DNA of 64,000 nucleotides from Acetobacteraceae bacterium (GTDB taxonomy: Bacteria; Pseudomonadota; Alphaproteobacteria; Acetobacterales; Acetobacteraceae): the NCBI GenBank assembly GCA_965217935.1, contig OZ244581.1, positions 3,257,970 through 3,321,969 on the forward strand. The letters run 5' to 3'. The position numbers and the translations under genes are program-made. The number at the start of each line of letters is the position of its first letter. The first letter of the stretch is position 1. Shown here in pieces: positions 37,118 through 49,159 of this stretch. The notes under the pieces are model-generated. The model was given only the letters and a program-made list of their open reading frames with translations. It made no database searches and had not been told where the DNA came from.

Positions 37118-37557
37118 GCGGCCTCAACGGCGCGGACCATGCGGTTATGCGCGCCGCAGCGGCAAAGGTTGCGGTCGAGCGCCTCCCTGATACTGGCCTC
37201 GTCCGGGTGCTGCTGCCGGCGCAATAGGGCGGCGGCGCTGATCAGCACGCCGGACCAGCAATAGCCGCATTGCCCGGCTTGGTGGTCCAGGAACGCCGCC
37301 TGCAGCGGATGCGGCCGCTCCGGCGTGCCAAGCCCCTCAACCGTGATCACCTCCTTGCCCGCCACCAACCATAGCGGCGTCGTGCAGGCGGGGACGGCGT
37401 AGCCGTCGAGCAGCACCATGCAGGCCCCGCACTGCCCGGCGCCGCAGCCGAACCGCGTGCCGGTCAGCTTCAACGTCGCGCGCAGCACGTCCAGCAACGG
37501 CGTGCCGTCATCGCCGGGCACGTCGTGCGACAAGCCATTGATCGTGACCGGGCGCAC
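37108..37557 (-). CDS. (2Fe-2S)-binding small subunit (IorA/CoxS-like)
   Basis: 'GCGAGQCGACMVLLDG' and 'CGYCWSG...CRCGAH' cluster motifs. Confidence 0.85.
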   Translation of the reverse strand: MRPVTINGLSHDVPGDDGTPLLDVLRATLKLTGTRFGCGAGQCGACMVLLDGYAVPACTTPLWLVAGKEVITVEGLGTPERPHPLQAAFLDHQAGQCGYCWSGVLISAAALLRRQQHPDEASIREALDRNLCRCGAHNRMVRAVEAACR

Positions 37558-37560
37558 AGG

Positions 37561-38538
37561 TCAGCGACCGACCTGGGCGCCGGAGATCTTCACGACCTTG
37601 GACCATTTGACGATATCGGCGTCCAGGAACGTCTTGAACCCGGCCGGCGTCATCGTCATCGGCGCCGCGCCCTGCTCCTCCCAGGCGCTCTTCACCTCCG
37701 GCTTGTTCACCGCCGCCGTCACGGCTGCATTGAGCTTGTCCTCGACATCGGCGGGCGTGCCTTTCGGCGCCATCAAGCCAAGCCAAATTGTCGCCTCAAA
37801 GCCCGGCAGCGTGCTGGCGACGGTCGGCAGGGTCGGCAATACGTCCGACTTCTCGAGCCCGGTGGTGGCTAGCGCTTTTACCTTGCCAGCGGCGATGAAG
37901 CTGGTCATCGTCGTGGTCGCGTCGAACATCATGTCCACGTGGCCGCCGATCACGTCGATGCGGGCCGGGCTGCTGCCCTTATAAGGGATGTGCAGAATGT
38001 CGATCCCTGCCATCTGCTTGAACAGTTCGCCGGCCATATGGTACGGCGTGCCGGGGCCGGAGGAGGCGAAAGTGAGGTCGCCGGGATTGGCCTTCGCCAT
38101 GGCGATCAACTCGGGCACAGAGTTCGCGCCGAGGTCGGGGCGCGTGACCAGCACGAGGTCGGACGCGTTGATCGGCGCCACCGGCACGAAGTCGGTCATC
38201 AGCTTGAACGGCTTCTTGGCGAACAGCGTCTCGTTCACCGTGTGCGTGTTGGACATCAGCAGCAGCGTATAGCCGTCGGCCGGGCTGTTCTTGACCGCCT
38301 CCGTGCCGATGATCGACCCGGCGCCGGGCCGGTCATCGATGATGAACGGCTGGCCCAGCGAGGCCTGCAGGTGCGGCGACAGCAGCCGTGCGTAAACGTC
38401 AGCCGAGCCGCCGGCGGCGAACGGCACGATGATGGTGACCGGGTGATCGGGGTAGGCGTCCGCCGCCCGGGCCGCCCGGGTGAGCATCGAAGCGCCGATC
38501 AAGCCCACGGCGATGCGGCGGGAGAATTCATTGTCCAT
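37561..38538 (-). CDS. tctC: Bug/TctC family tripartite tricarboxylate transporter substrate-binding protein
   Basis: Signal peptide. 'YPDHPVTIIVPFAAGGSADVYARLL', 'FASSGPGTPYHMAGELF'. Confidence 0.85.
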   Translation of the reverse strand: MDNEFSRRIAVGLIGASMLTRAARAADAYPDHPVTIIVPFAAGGSADVYARLLSPHLQASLGQPFIIDDRPGAGSIIGTEAVKNSPADGYTLLLMSNTHTVNETLFAKKPFKLMTDFVPVAPINASDLVLVTRPDLGANSVPELIAMAKANPGDLTFASSGPGTPYHMAGELFKQMAGIDILHIPYKGSSPARIDVIGGHVDMMFDATTTMTSFIAAGKVKALATTGLEKSDVLPTLPTVASTLPGFEATIWLGLMAPKGTPADVEDKLNAAVTAAVNKPEVKSAWEEQGAAPMTMTPAGFKTFLDADIVKWSKVVKISGAQVGR

Positions 38539-38551
38539 CGTCGTCTTACCT

Positions 38552-39580
38552 TTACCGGAAGATCTGCGAGAACTGTTCCTTGATCGATCGCGTGTTGCCT
38601 TCGATCTCGCCGTAGTCCACCGGCATCAAGTTCAATCCCGAGAGCGTCGGCGAGCCGCTCGGCGGCGGCGCCGTCTTCACCGCCGCGTAGCCGCCGCCGT
38701 CCGGGAACACGGCCTGAACCTTGTCGCTCAGCATGAAGGCGGCCAGCAGTTTCGCGGCGTTCGGGTGCGGCGAGCCCTTGATGACCGCCGTCGGCGACGG
38801 GATCACGAACACCCCCTCCTCCGGGATGACGCTAAGGATCTCGTGCCCGGCCTCACGGTTCTCGGCGATGTAGCTGTCGAGCACGCCGACGCCGATGCTG
38901 CGTTCGCCGGATTTGAGGTTTTCAGACACTTGCTGGTTGCTCGGCACCACCATAATGTCGTTGGCGCGCAGCTTGCGATAGTAATCCCACCCGAATTTCT
39001 GGCTTAGCGTGCCGACCACGATCAATTGCAGGCTGGTGAAGGACGGATCGGTCATCACCAGCCGGCCTTTGTACTTCGGGTCCGTCAGGTCCATCCAGCC
39101 CTTCGGCACGTCCGCGTCGACGACCTTGTCGGTGCGGACGGCGATGGTCATGAGGTTGAGTCGTTGCGCGACCCACAGCCCATCCGGGTCCTTCGCCTGG
39201 GCAGGCGCCTCGTCGAACCCTGCCGGCTTGAACGGCACGAACACGCCCTTGCTGCCGAGCAGGCGGGAGGCCGCCGGGTCCGACGTGGTCAGCAGGTCGG
39301 CGGCGACCAAGCGGCCCGAGTACTCCTGCATGAAGCGACGCAGGATGGCGCTGCCGCCGGAGCGGAACAGGTCAACCTCGATGCCGTAATCGGCCTGGAA
39401 CAACTGCGCGATCTCGTTGGCCTGCGCGATCGGCGTCGAGCTGTACCAGACGACCTTGCCCTCTTTCTTGGCCGCCGCCACATCGGGCGCGTCCTGGGCA
39501 CGCGCGAGATGGGGGGCGGCGAGCGCAAGGCCGGCTGTGGCCAGCCAGGCACGGCGGCTGATCGGCATGGTTTCCTCCAT
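38552..39580 (-). CDS. ABC substrate-binding protein, iron(III)/family-1 solute-binding type
   Basis: Tat-like 'SRRAWLATAGLALAAPHLARA'. 'VVWYSSTPIAQANEI' is typical of AfuA/FbpA-like binding proteins. No permease gene in the cluster. Confidence 0.7.
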   Translation of the reverse strand: MEETMPISRRAWLATAGLALAAPHLARAQDAPDVAAAKKEGKVVWYSSTPIAQANEIAQLFQADYGIEVDLFRSGGSAILRRFMQEYSGRLVAADLLTTSDPAASRLLGSKGVFVPFKPAGFDEAPAQAKDPDGLWVAQRLNLMTIAVRTDKVVDADVPKGWMDLTDPKYKGRLVMTDPSFTSLQLIVVGTLSQKFGWDYYRKLRANDIMVVPSNQQVSENLKSGERSIGVGVLDSYIAENREAGHEILSVIPEEGVFVIPSPTAVIKGSPHPNAAKLLAAFMLSDKVQAVFPDGGGYAAVKTAPPPSGSPTLSGLNLMPVDYGEIEGNTRSIKEQFSQIFR

Positions 39581-39587
39581 TTATGGC

Positions 39588-40514
39588 TTATGTGCCTCTG
39601 TAACTGGGCTCCGGACGCGAGAAGAAGTCGAGTAGGATGTGATACACCAGCATGTAGTTCTTCTGCTGGAACGAGGCGTGCGAGATGCCCGGCATGACGG
39701 TGAACTGCTTGTCCGGGTTCGACAGCAGCTTATAGAACTCGATCAGGTCGTCGAAGCTGGCGATCCCGTCATATTGCCCGCGCATGACGATCGTGGGCAC
39801 GGTGATCAGCGCCGGGTCGATGATCGGCAGGCGGGAGCACATGTCCACGTAGGTGCCGGTCGGCATGGAGTCGTCGAGCGACAAGATCGCGTCGGCGAAA
39901 GCCTCGACGACCTCCGGCGCCGCCGTGCCGGGATGGTCGCGCTGGAAGATGCTGTGCACGAAGGGCCGGTCGATCGGGCGGCGGTTGCGGCTGATGAAGT
40001 CCGGCAGCTTCTTGCGCCGCTCCGCCAGCGTGGGGCTGCCCTCGCCGGTCCAGACGAAGGCGTCCAGCGCCAGTCGCGCCACCCGGTCCGGATGTCGCTC
40101 CGCGAACTTCGCCGCCCGCAGCGCGCCGGAGGAGATGCCGTACATCAACAGCTTACCCGTGTCGCCCTGCGCCGCGATGTAGTCCGACGCCGCTTCCAGG
40201 TCGTCCGCGCCGGTATCGATGTCGCTGTTGATGTCACGGTCTTTGCCGGACCGGCCGTAGCCTTCCATGTCCACGCACCACGTGTCGAAGCCCTGTTCGG
40301 CGAAGTAGGCCATCGCCGAGGAATGCGGCCTGCCCGGCACGTCGAGGTCGAAGGTCGGCTGCGACGCCATCGAGGAGCCGTGCACGAACAGAATCGTGCC
40401 GCGGCTCGCGCCCTGGGCTGGGATATCATACATGAACAGGGACACGTCCCCCTTCTTGGTCCAGTGTTCGCGGCCCTTGCCGGAGATGCTCTTTGCGGCG
40501 GTCGTGGCTGACAT
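39588..40514 (-). CDS. alpha/beta hydrolase
   Basis: 'ILFVHGSS', nucleophile elbow 'YGISSGA', and a later 'ISHASF' region. Confidence 0.7.
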   Translation of the reverse strand: MSATTAAKSISGKGREHWTKKGDVSLFMYDIPAQGASRGTILFVHGSSMASQPTFDLDVPGRPHSSAMAYFAEQGFDTWCVDMEGYGRSGKDRDINSDIDTGADDLEAASDYIAAQGDTGKLLMYGISSGALRAAKFAERHPDRVARLALDAFVWTGEGSPTLAERRKKLPDFISRNRRPIDRPFVHSIFQRDHPGTAAPEVVEAFADAILSLDDSMPTGTYVDMCSRLPIIDPALITVPTIVMRGQYDGIASFDDLIEFYKLLSNPDKQFTVMPGISHASFQQKNYMLVYHILLDFFSRPEPSYRGT

Positions 40515-40526
40515 GCGGTCTCCTCC

Positions 40527-41575
40527 TCAGGTTCGGGCAAATACGTTGCATTGCGCCGGGTCGATCGTGGCGGCGACGTGGACGCCCGGCGCGTGGCTTT
40601 CGAGCGGATGGGTCTGCACGCGCAGCGTCGCGCCGCTGGGCAAGCGAAGCCAGTGCTCGGTCATGTTGCCAAGGAAGACCTGCTCGGCCACGGTGCCGGA
40701 CAGGCTGGCAGGACCGCCTCCCGGCGGGGTCAGGCGGATATCTTCGGGCCTGACCGCGACATCGACGGCATCGCCGGCCGAGAGGCCGGAGGGCAAGGCG
40801 ACGCGCAGCGTCTCGCCGCCGTCCAGCGTGACCGCGCCCAGGGCCGACACGCGGCCTGGCAGGAAGTTCACCAGGCCCATGAAGTCCGCCACCACCTTGT
40901 TGGCCGGCCGGCGATACACCTCGTGCGGCGTGCCGTATTGCTGCAACTGGCCCTTCGACATGACGGCGATCCGGTCGGACAGCGCCAGCGCCTCGGCCTG
41001 GTCGTGGGTGACGTAGACGAAGGTGATCCCGGTCCGCCGCTGCAACTGCTTCAGCTCGCCCCGCATATGCTCGCGCAGCTTGGCGTCGAGGTTGCTGAGC
41101 GGCTCGTCGAACAGCAGGATGCCAGGCTCCACCACCAGGCTGCGCGCCAACGCCACCCGCTGCTGCTGCCCGCCGCTCAGCTCCGCCGGGAACCGGCCGC
41201 CGAGGCCCGCGAGCCCGACCTGACCAAGCGCCGCATCGACGTCCTGCCGCAGCGCCGAACCCGAGACCCGCCGCATGCGCAAGCCGAAGCCGGCGCCTGC
41301 GGCCTGCCAGCCCCCAGTGCCGCGGCCGCGCAAACATGCCGGTCGGCGATCCACAGCGCGCCAGGTTGCGCGCTGCCCAGCAGCGGCGCCACCGCGGCGC
41401 TCGCTCGCGTGCGCGTCCTCGTGGGCCGCCAGGTCGGTCACCAGGCCGCTGTCCGGCCCATACGCCGCCAGCGACTGCCCGGACAGCGCCGCGGAGCATA
41501 CGCAGGGGCGCCGGAGGCGTCTCGCTCGCGGGCAGATGACGGCCCGCCAGCATGCGCAGCCGCCAGCCGCTCGGC
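40527..41575 (-). pseudogene. ABC ATPase (PotA/FbpC/MalK-like) with degenerate N-terminal third
   Basis: Intact from 'FGLRMRRV' on: 'LSGGQQQRVALAR', 'LLFDEPLSNLD', 'VYVTHDQ' and a C-terminal TOBE-like domain. The Walker A position reads 'GPDSGLVT' (no Lys). Fragments of expected motifs appear in other frames ('GALWIADRHV', 'TGMFARPRHW'). Confidence 0.6.
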
Positions 41576-41599
41576 GCTGCCCTGCACAAGCGCCCGCAG

Positions 41600-41913
41600 G
41601 GGCACAGCGCCGAGCGGCGCACCTTCTCATGCAGCGAGGCCGGCGACACCAGCAGGGTCGCCATCTGCCGTGCCGCCGCGTGCAGGCTGGGACGCAAACC
41701 CAGCGACACCAGCGTGGCCAGCTCCGACATAGCCAAGACCAACAGCTCACGCGCGCACGGCTCGTCGCGATTGGCCTCGGACGCCTCGTCCGCCCGGCCC
41801 GCCGGCAGCGCATGGTCCAGCGCAAGCCGCGCCGTCACGCTCGCCGGCCCGTGCCGCTCGAACCGCTCCAGAACCGCGGGCCAAACCGACCCGGCCTCAC
41901 CCGAGGCACTCAT
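41600..41913 (-). pseudogene. possible IS4-family transposase N-terminal remnant
   Basis: 'VLERFERHGPASVTARLALDHAL...ARELLVLAMSELATLVSLGLRPSLHAAARQM...VSPASLHEKVRR' resembles the N-termini of IS4-family transposases as I recall them. Only about 105 codons, no DDE domain. Confidence 0.3.
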
Positions 41914-42025
41914 CCATCAAGGCCGGGAGTGCAATGACCACGCTGGAAGGGCCGTGCCTAAAAACCCCATGACGGACGCGCCGCACGCTTCCCAACCCGC
42001 GGCCCCGGGCGTAGAACGCGCGCCC

Positions 42026-44970
<2,945 letters not shown>

Positions 44971-45030
44971 GCCGCGGCTTGTGCCGACCCATGATCGGCG
45001 CGGCTTGAGCCAACTTAGGATTGGCCCGGC

Positions 45031-46122
45031 GTGAACCGAGGCACGCTCGGGGCCGCGTTCGCCGCGGGCGGCAGCAACCTCGATCTGATGCGCCTCGCCG
45101 GCGCGGCGCTGGTGCTGGTCAGCCATTCCTGGGTGCTGACCGGGCGTGCGGAAAGCGAGCCGTTCGCGCCGCTGTTGCTGAACTACACGGACGGCGGCGG
45201 GCTCGCGGTGGCGATGTTCTTCGTCGTCAGCGGCTTCCTGATCGCGCGCTCGGCGATGCTGCATCCGGTGGCCGACTACCTGCGGGCGCGGGCGCTGCGC
45301 ATCTACCCGGCCTTCGCGGCGGCGATCCTGGCGCAGACGTTCGCCGTCGGGCTGGCCGCGACCACGCTGCCTGCAGGGACGTATCTCAGCGATGGCGCAA
45401 CATGGGATGCGGCGCTGCGCGGCCTCCTGTTCAGTCCGCGGCTCGGTCTGCCGGGCGTGTTCGAGGGCAACCCGCTGCCCTCGGCGGTGAACGGCTCGCT
45501 GTGGACCTTGCGGATCGAGGTCCTGTGCTACGGCGGCCTGTTGGGCATGGCCGTGCTGGGCCTACTGCGGCGGGGCCGGGTGCTGCTCGCGGTGGCGGGC
45601 GGATTCGCGGCGCTGGGGGTCACGATCGCGGCGCGGGCGGGGCTTGCGCCGTCCGCGTTGGGAACGCTGCGGGTCGTGTCGATCCTGGACTGCGGGCTGC
45701 ATTTCATCGCGGGCGCCGCGCTTTGGTGCTATCGCGACCAGGCGCCGCGGCGATGGTGGCTGGCAGGTTTGGGTGTGGGCGCGTTGGCGGCCGGGCGGGA
45801 GAGCTGGGCGGGGCCGGTGCTGTTCCACCTCGTGCTGCCCTACCTGGTGCTTTGGCTGGCGCTGACGCCGCCGGTCGCGGCCGGGCTGCTGCGGCGGCTG
45901 GGCGACGTGTCTTACGGGACGTATCTTTACGCATTCCCGGTGCAGCAATCGTTGCTGGCGGCGTTCGGGCCGGGAATGGGGCCGGTCGGGCTGGCATTGA
46001 CGGCTTTGCCGATCGCGCTCGGCTGCGGGATGCTGTCGCGCTGGGCGGTGGAGCGGCCGGCGTTGCGGTGGCGACGTCTGCGTGTCGCGCCTGGGCGGCC
46101 GGCTGAGATGGGGCGGCCATGA
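45031..46122 (+). CDS. acyltransferase family 3 (OafA-like) membrane protein
   Basis: GTG start. 'NLDLMRLAGAALVLVSHSW', 'FFVVSGFLI', 'SLWTLRIEVLCY', multi-TM. Confidence 0.75.
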   Translation: MNRGTLGAAFAAGGSNLDLMRLAGAALVLVSHSWVLTGRAESEPFAPLLLNYTDGGGLAVAMFFVVSGFLIARSAMLHPVADYLRARALRIYPAFAAAILAQTFAVGLAATTLPAGTYLSDGATWDAALRGLLFSPRLGLPGVFEGNPLPSAVNGSLWTLRIEVLCYGGLLGMAVLGLLRRGRVLLAVAGGFAALGVTIAARAGLAPSALGTLRVVSILDCGLHFIAGAALWCYRDQAPRRWWLAGLGVGALAAGRESWAGPVLFHLVLPYLVLWLALTPPVAAGLLRRLGDVSYGTYLYAFPVQQSLLAAFGPGMGPVGLALTALPIALGCGMLSRWAVERPALRWRRLRVAPGRPAEMGRP

Positions 46123-46297
46123 TACGCGGGGAGGGTTTCCCATGCGCACGCTCAACGGATTGGCCGCGTAAGATCCGAACGCCCCGCATTCCTTGTAACC
46201 GAGGCAGTGACACCGCCGGAGCGCCTCAACCAACTTTAGACTGCAAACGCCCTGACTGGAAAATCAGGGCGTCAATTGCCAGTCCAGATCAGTGTTG

Positions 46298-46336
46298 GAC
46301 CCTTGCCGCCCTTACATAGTCAGGGCGGCAAGGGTC
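46298..46336. terminator. perfect 15-bp inverted repeat between convergent genes (likely bidirectional terminator)
   Basis: gacccttgccgccct (46298-46312) / agggcggcaagggtc (46322-46336), 9-nt loop. A second 8-bp hairpin lies at 46248-46271. Confidence 0.5.
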
Positions 46337-47136
46337 TAGTCGGCTTGACCCATATGCGTTAACGCAATCCGCATGGGTTCGCTGGAGAGCTGCTGCAAGC
46401 CAGTCAATGCTTCGCTGTAGTCAATGATCAGGTATAACGGCGACGTAATCGACAAGGCCGACAATACGACGACGATGTAGATCAATTTGTTGCGCGGAGC
46501 GGTCAGGGCAAAGATCGCGAACACGATCGAGAGCCACGAAGTCAGTATCGATAGGAAAGCCCACGAGACTGTCGAGTTGGCGGAGAAGACCAAGCGCCAG
46601 CGCTGCTGGATCGTCTGCGCCACGCGGTCGCGCAATCGCGCGGCTGTCTGCCGATGAAACTCGGTCCCTGGCGCAAGACGCCCAATGGCCACGTCAATGT
46701 CCGAGAGCATGTTGCCAAGGGCCGCGCCCTCCACGCTGCGTAACCCTGAAGCGTGATCGAAGCGCGGGTAGCGGCCGGGCGGCAATGGTTCGCCCGGCCA
46801 TGTGTCGGCGATCGCTGCAGCAGTGTAGCTTCGTAGCAGCTTGCGAATGACGTCCGCTTCAGCGCCATACACGCGGAGACGATGATCGAGTTCGATCAAA
46901 TCCGCGCCGAACACTCTCAATTCGTTGTTGAGCTCATCGAATCTTTCTTTGGCGGAGGAGGTCAGCAACCCGAGCACGAGCGCCGAGAAGGTCAGCAGCA
47001 TTCCCATAAGGAGCCGGACGCTTTCCACCGACTTCTCTGAAACGAAACGTTCATGCAGCTTGCGTTGCGCGCTCCATCCGGCGGCCGCACTGAGCAGCAG
47101 CGTCATGAAGACCAGGGCTGGGAACGCGACGTACAA
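46336..47136 (-). CDS. membrane protein, DUF4239-like
   Basis: 266 aa, lower GC than its neighbours. N-terminal TM, then 'LLMGMLLTFSALVLGLLTSSAKERFDELNNEL', and two C-terminal TM segments. Confidence 0.5.
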   Translation of the reverse strand: MYVAFPALVFMTLLLSAAAGWSAQRKLHERFVSEKSVESVRLLMGMLLTFSALVLGLLTSSAKERFDELNNELRVFGADLIELDHRLRVYGAEADVIRKLLRSYTAAAIADTWPGEPLPPGRYPRFDHASGLRSVEGAALGNMLSDIDVAIGRLAPGTEFHRQTAARLRDRVAQTIQQRWRLVFSANSTVSWAFLSILTSWLSIVFAIFALTAPRNKLIYIVVVLSALSITSPLYLIIDYSEALTGLQQLSSEPMRIALTHMGQAD

Positions 47137-47148
47137 AACTGGCTCAGG

Positions 47149-48111
47149 TTATCCTGCCACTTCATTTGGCGCCTCTCGTCCGGCCAGCACCGCGTCGATT
47201 CCGTCCAGCACGAGGAATCCCATCGCGTCGCGCGTCTCCACCGTGGCGCTGCCCAAGTGCGGCAGCAGGACGACGTTTTCGAGCTCCAGGTAGCGCTCAC
47301 TGACTCGCGGCTCATCGTTGTAGACGTCAAGCCCGGCGGCTGCGACCCGGCCCGACCGCAGCGCGTCGATCAGCGCATCGTCGTCGATCAAGGCGCCTCG
47401 GGCCGCGTTGGCGACGATTGCGCCCGGCGGCAGCTTGGCAATGCGCTCGGCGTTCAGCCAGCGCCGCGTGCCTGCCCCGCCCGGCGCGTGGAGGGAAAGC
47501 ACGTCGCAGGCCGCGAGGAAGCTGTCGTCGCCGGCGTGGTACGTCGCCTCGCCCTCCAGGTCCGGGGGCAGGCGCTGCTGGTCGCGGTAGTGCGTCTCCA
47601 TCCCGAACCCGCGCGCCATCCGCGCCAGCTCGCGCCCGATCCGGCCCATGCCGAAGATGCCCAGCCGCCGGCCCGAGACCAGCGTGCCCAGCAACTGCGT
47701 CGGCGCCCACCCACCCCAGCCGCCGCCGCGCACCAGCCGCTCGCCCTCGTTGGCCCGGCGCGCGGCGGCCAGGATCAGCAGCATCGCGCATTCCGCGGTC
47801 GCCACGCTCAGCACGTCCGGCGTATGGACCACCTTTATGCCCCGCGCCCGCGCCGCGGCCACGTCCACGTGGTCGAACCCGACGCTGAAGGTGCCGATCA
47901 CCCGCACGCTGTCCGGCAGGCGGGCGATCACCTGACCGTCCACCCGCTCCGCCGGGCAGCACAGCACCGCGTCCGCGCCCTGCGCCCGGGCGATGATGTC
48001 GTCGCCCGTGACCGGCATGTCGTCGGCGTTCAAGCGCGCCTCGTAGTCCCGCGCCGCGCGCGCCTCCACTGCGGCGGGGAGGCGGCGGGTGACGAGGAGG
48101 ACCGGCTTCAT
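47149..48111 (-). CDS. D-isomer-specific 2-hydroxyacid dehydrogenase (glyoxylate/hydroxypyruvate reductase-like)
   Basis: 'GIFGMGRIGRELA' NAD fold, 'NAARGALIDDDALIDAL', 'PHLGSATVETR'. Confidence 0.85.
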   Translation of the reverse strand: MKPVLLVTRRLPAAVEARAARDYEARLNADDMPVTGDDIIARAQGADAVLCCPAERVDGQVIARLPDSVRVIGTFSVGFDHVDVAAARARGIKVVHTPDVLSVATAECAMLLILAAARRANEGERLVRGGGWGGWAPTQLLGTLVSGRRLGIFGMGRIGRELARMARGFGMETHYRDQQRLPPDLEGEATYHAGDDSFLAACDVLSLHAPGGAGTRRWLNAERIAKLPPGAIVANAARGALIDDDALIDALRSGRVAAAGLDVYNDEPRVSERYLELENVVLLPHLGSATVETRDAMGFLVLDGIDAVLAGREAPNEVAG

Positions 48112-48115
48112 CGGC

Positions 48116-49084
48116 TCAGCTCCACAACGGGTCGATCGCCGGGCGGCCGGCCAGCACCGCGGCGATGTTGTCGAGCGCGCGGAAGCCCATGGCGTTGCGG
48201 GTCTCGGTCGTGGCGCTGCCCATGTGCGGCGTCAGGAACACGTTCGGCAGCTCGGCGAGGCGGCGGTCGAACGCCGGTTCCGTCCGGTATACGTCAAGCC
48301 CGGCGGCGAACAGGTGGCCGCTCTTCAGAGCCTCGATCAGTGCGTCCTCGTCGATCAGGGCGCCGCGGGCGGCGTTGATCAGCACCGCGCCTTTCGGCAG
48401 TAGACTGATCGTTTCGCGGTTCATCAGCTTGTCCGTGGCCGCCCCGCCCGGCGCGTGCAGGGAGAGCAGCGCGCAACGCGGCAACATCTCGTGCAGCGAG
48501 GAAACGAACTCGGCGCCGTCCTCCTGATCCGGCGCCGCCCGCGCCACGTCGGTATAGAGCACCGTCATGCCGAAGCCGCGCCCCCGCCGGGCCACGGCGC
48601 GGCCGATGCGGCCGAAACCGACGATCCCCAGCGTTTTGCCGCTGGCCCGGATACCCAGCATGTCGCGCATCCCGAAGCTGCGGCCCCAGCCTTCGCGCAT
48701 GACCGCGCCGTATTCCCCGGCGCGGCGGCACGCGCCGAGCAGGAGCAGGAAGGCAAGGTCGGCGGTGCAGTCGGTCAGCACCTCCGGCGTGTTGGTGACG
48801 ACGAGGCCCCGGGCCTTCGCGGCGGCGACGTCCACGTGGTCGAAGCCCACGCTGCAAGTGGCGGCCACTTTCACGCGCTCCGGCAGGCGGGCGACCAGGT
48901 CCGCGTTCAATTTCAGGTTGCTGCTGAAGAACAAGGCATCTGCGCGGTGTGCTTCGAGCGCCGCGACGACCTCGTCCGGCGAGGCGTCCCGCTCGTCGAA
49001 TACGTGCGCGTCGAACTCTTCCTGCGCCCGTGCCGTGACCGAGGGGGGCACGGGACGGGCCACCACGATGCGTTGCTTTGCCAT
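48116..49084 (-). CDS. D-isomer-specific 2-hydroxyacid dehydrogenase, tandem paralogue
   Basis: 'GIVGFGRIGRAVA', 'NAARGALIDEDALIEAL', 'PHMGSATTETR'. Start at 'MAKQRIVV'. Separated from the downstream paralogue by 4 nt. Confidence 0.85.
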   Translation of the reverse strand: MAKQRIVVARPVPPSVTARAQEEFDAHVFDERDASPDEVVAALEAHRADALFFSSNLKLNADLVARLPERVKVAATCSVGFDHVDVAAAKARGLVVTNTPEVLTDCTADLAFLLLLGACRRAGEYGAVMREGWGRSFGMRDMLGIRASGKTLGIVGFGRIGRAVARRGRGFGMTVLYTDVARAAPDQEDGAEFVSSLHEMLPRCALLSLHAPGGAATDKLMNRETISLLPKGAVLINAARGALIDEDALIEALKSGHLFAAGLDVYRTEPAFDRRLAELPNVFLTPHMGSATTETRNAMGFRALDNIAAVLAGRPAIDPLWS

Positions 49085-49159
49085 TGCCGGTTCCTCCTGT
49101 TGCTTGGCCGCATCATGGCCGGGGTTGCCCCTGGGCGGAAGGGGCGGCAGGTTGAGGCC

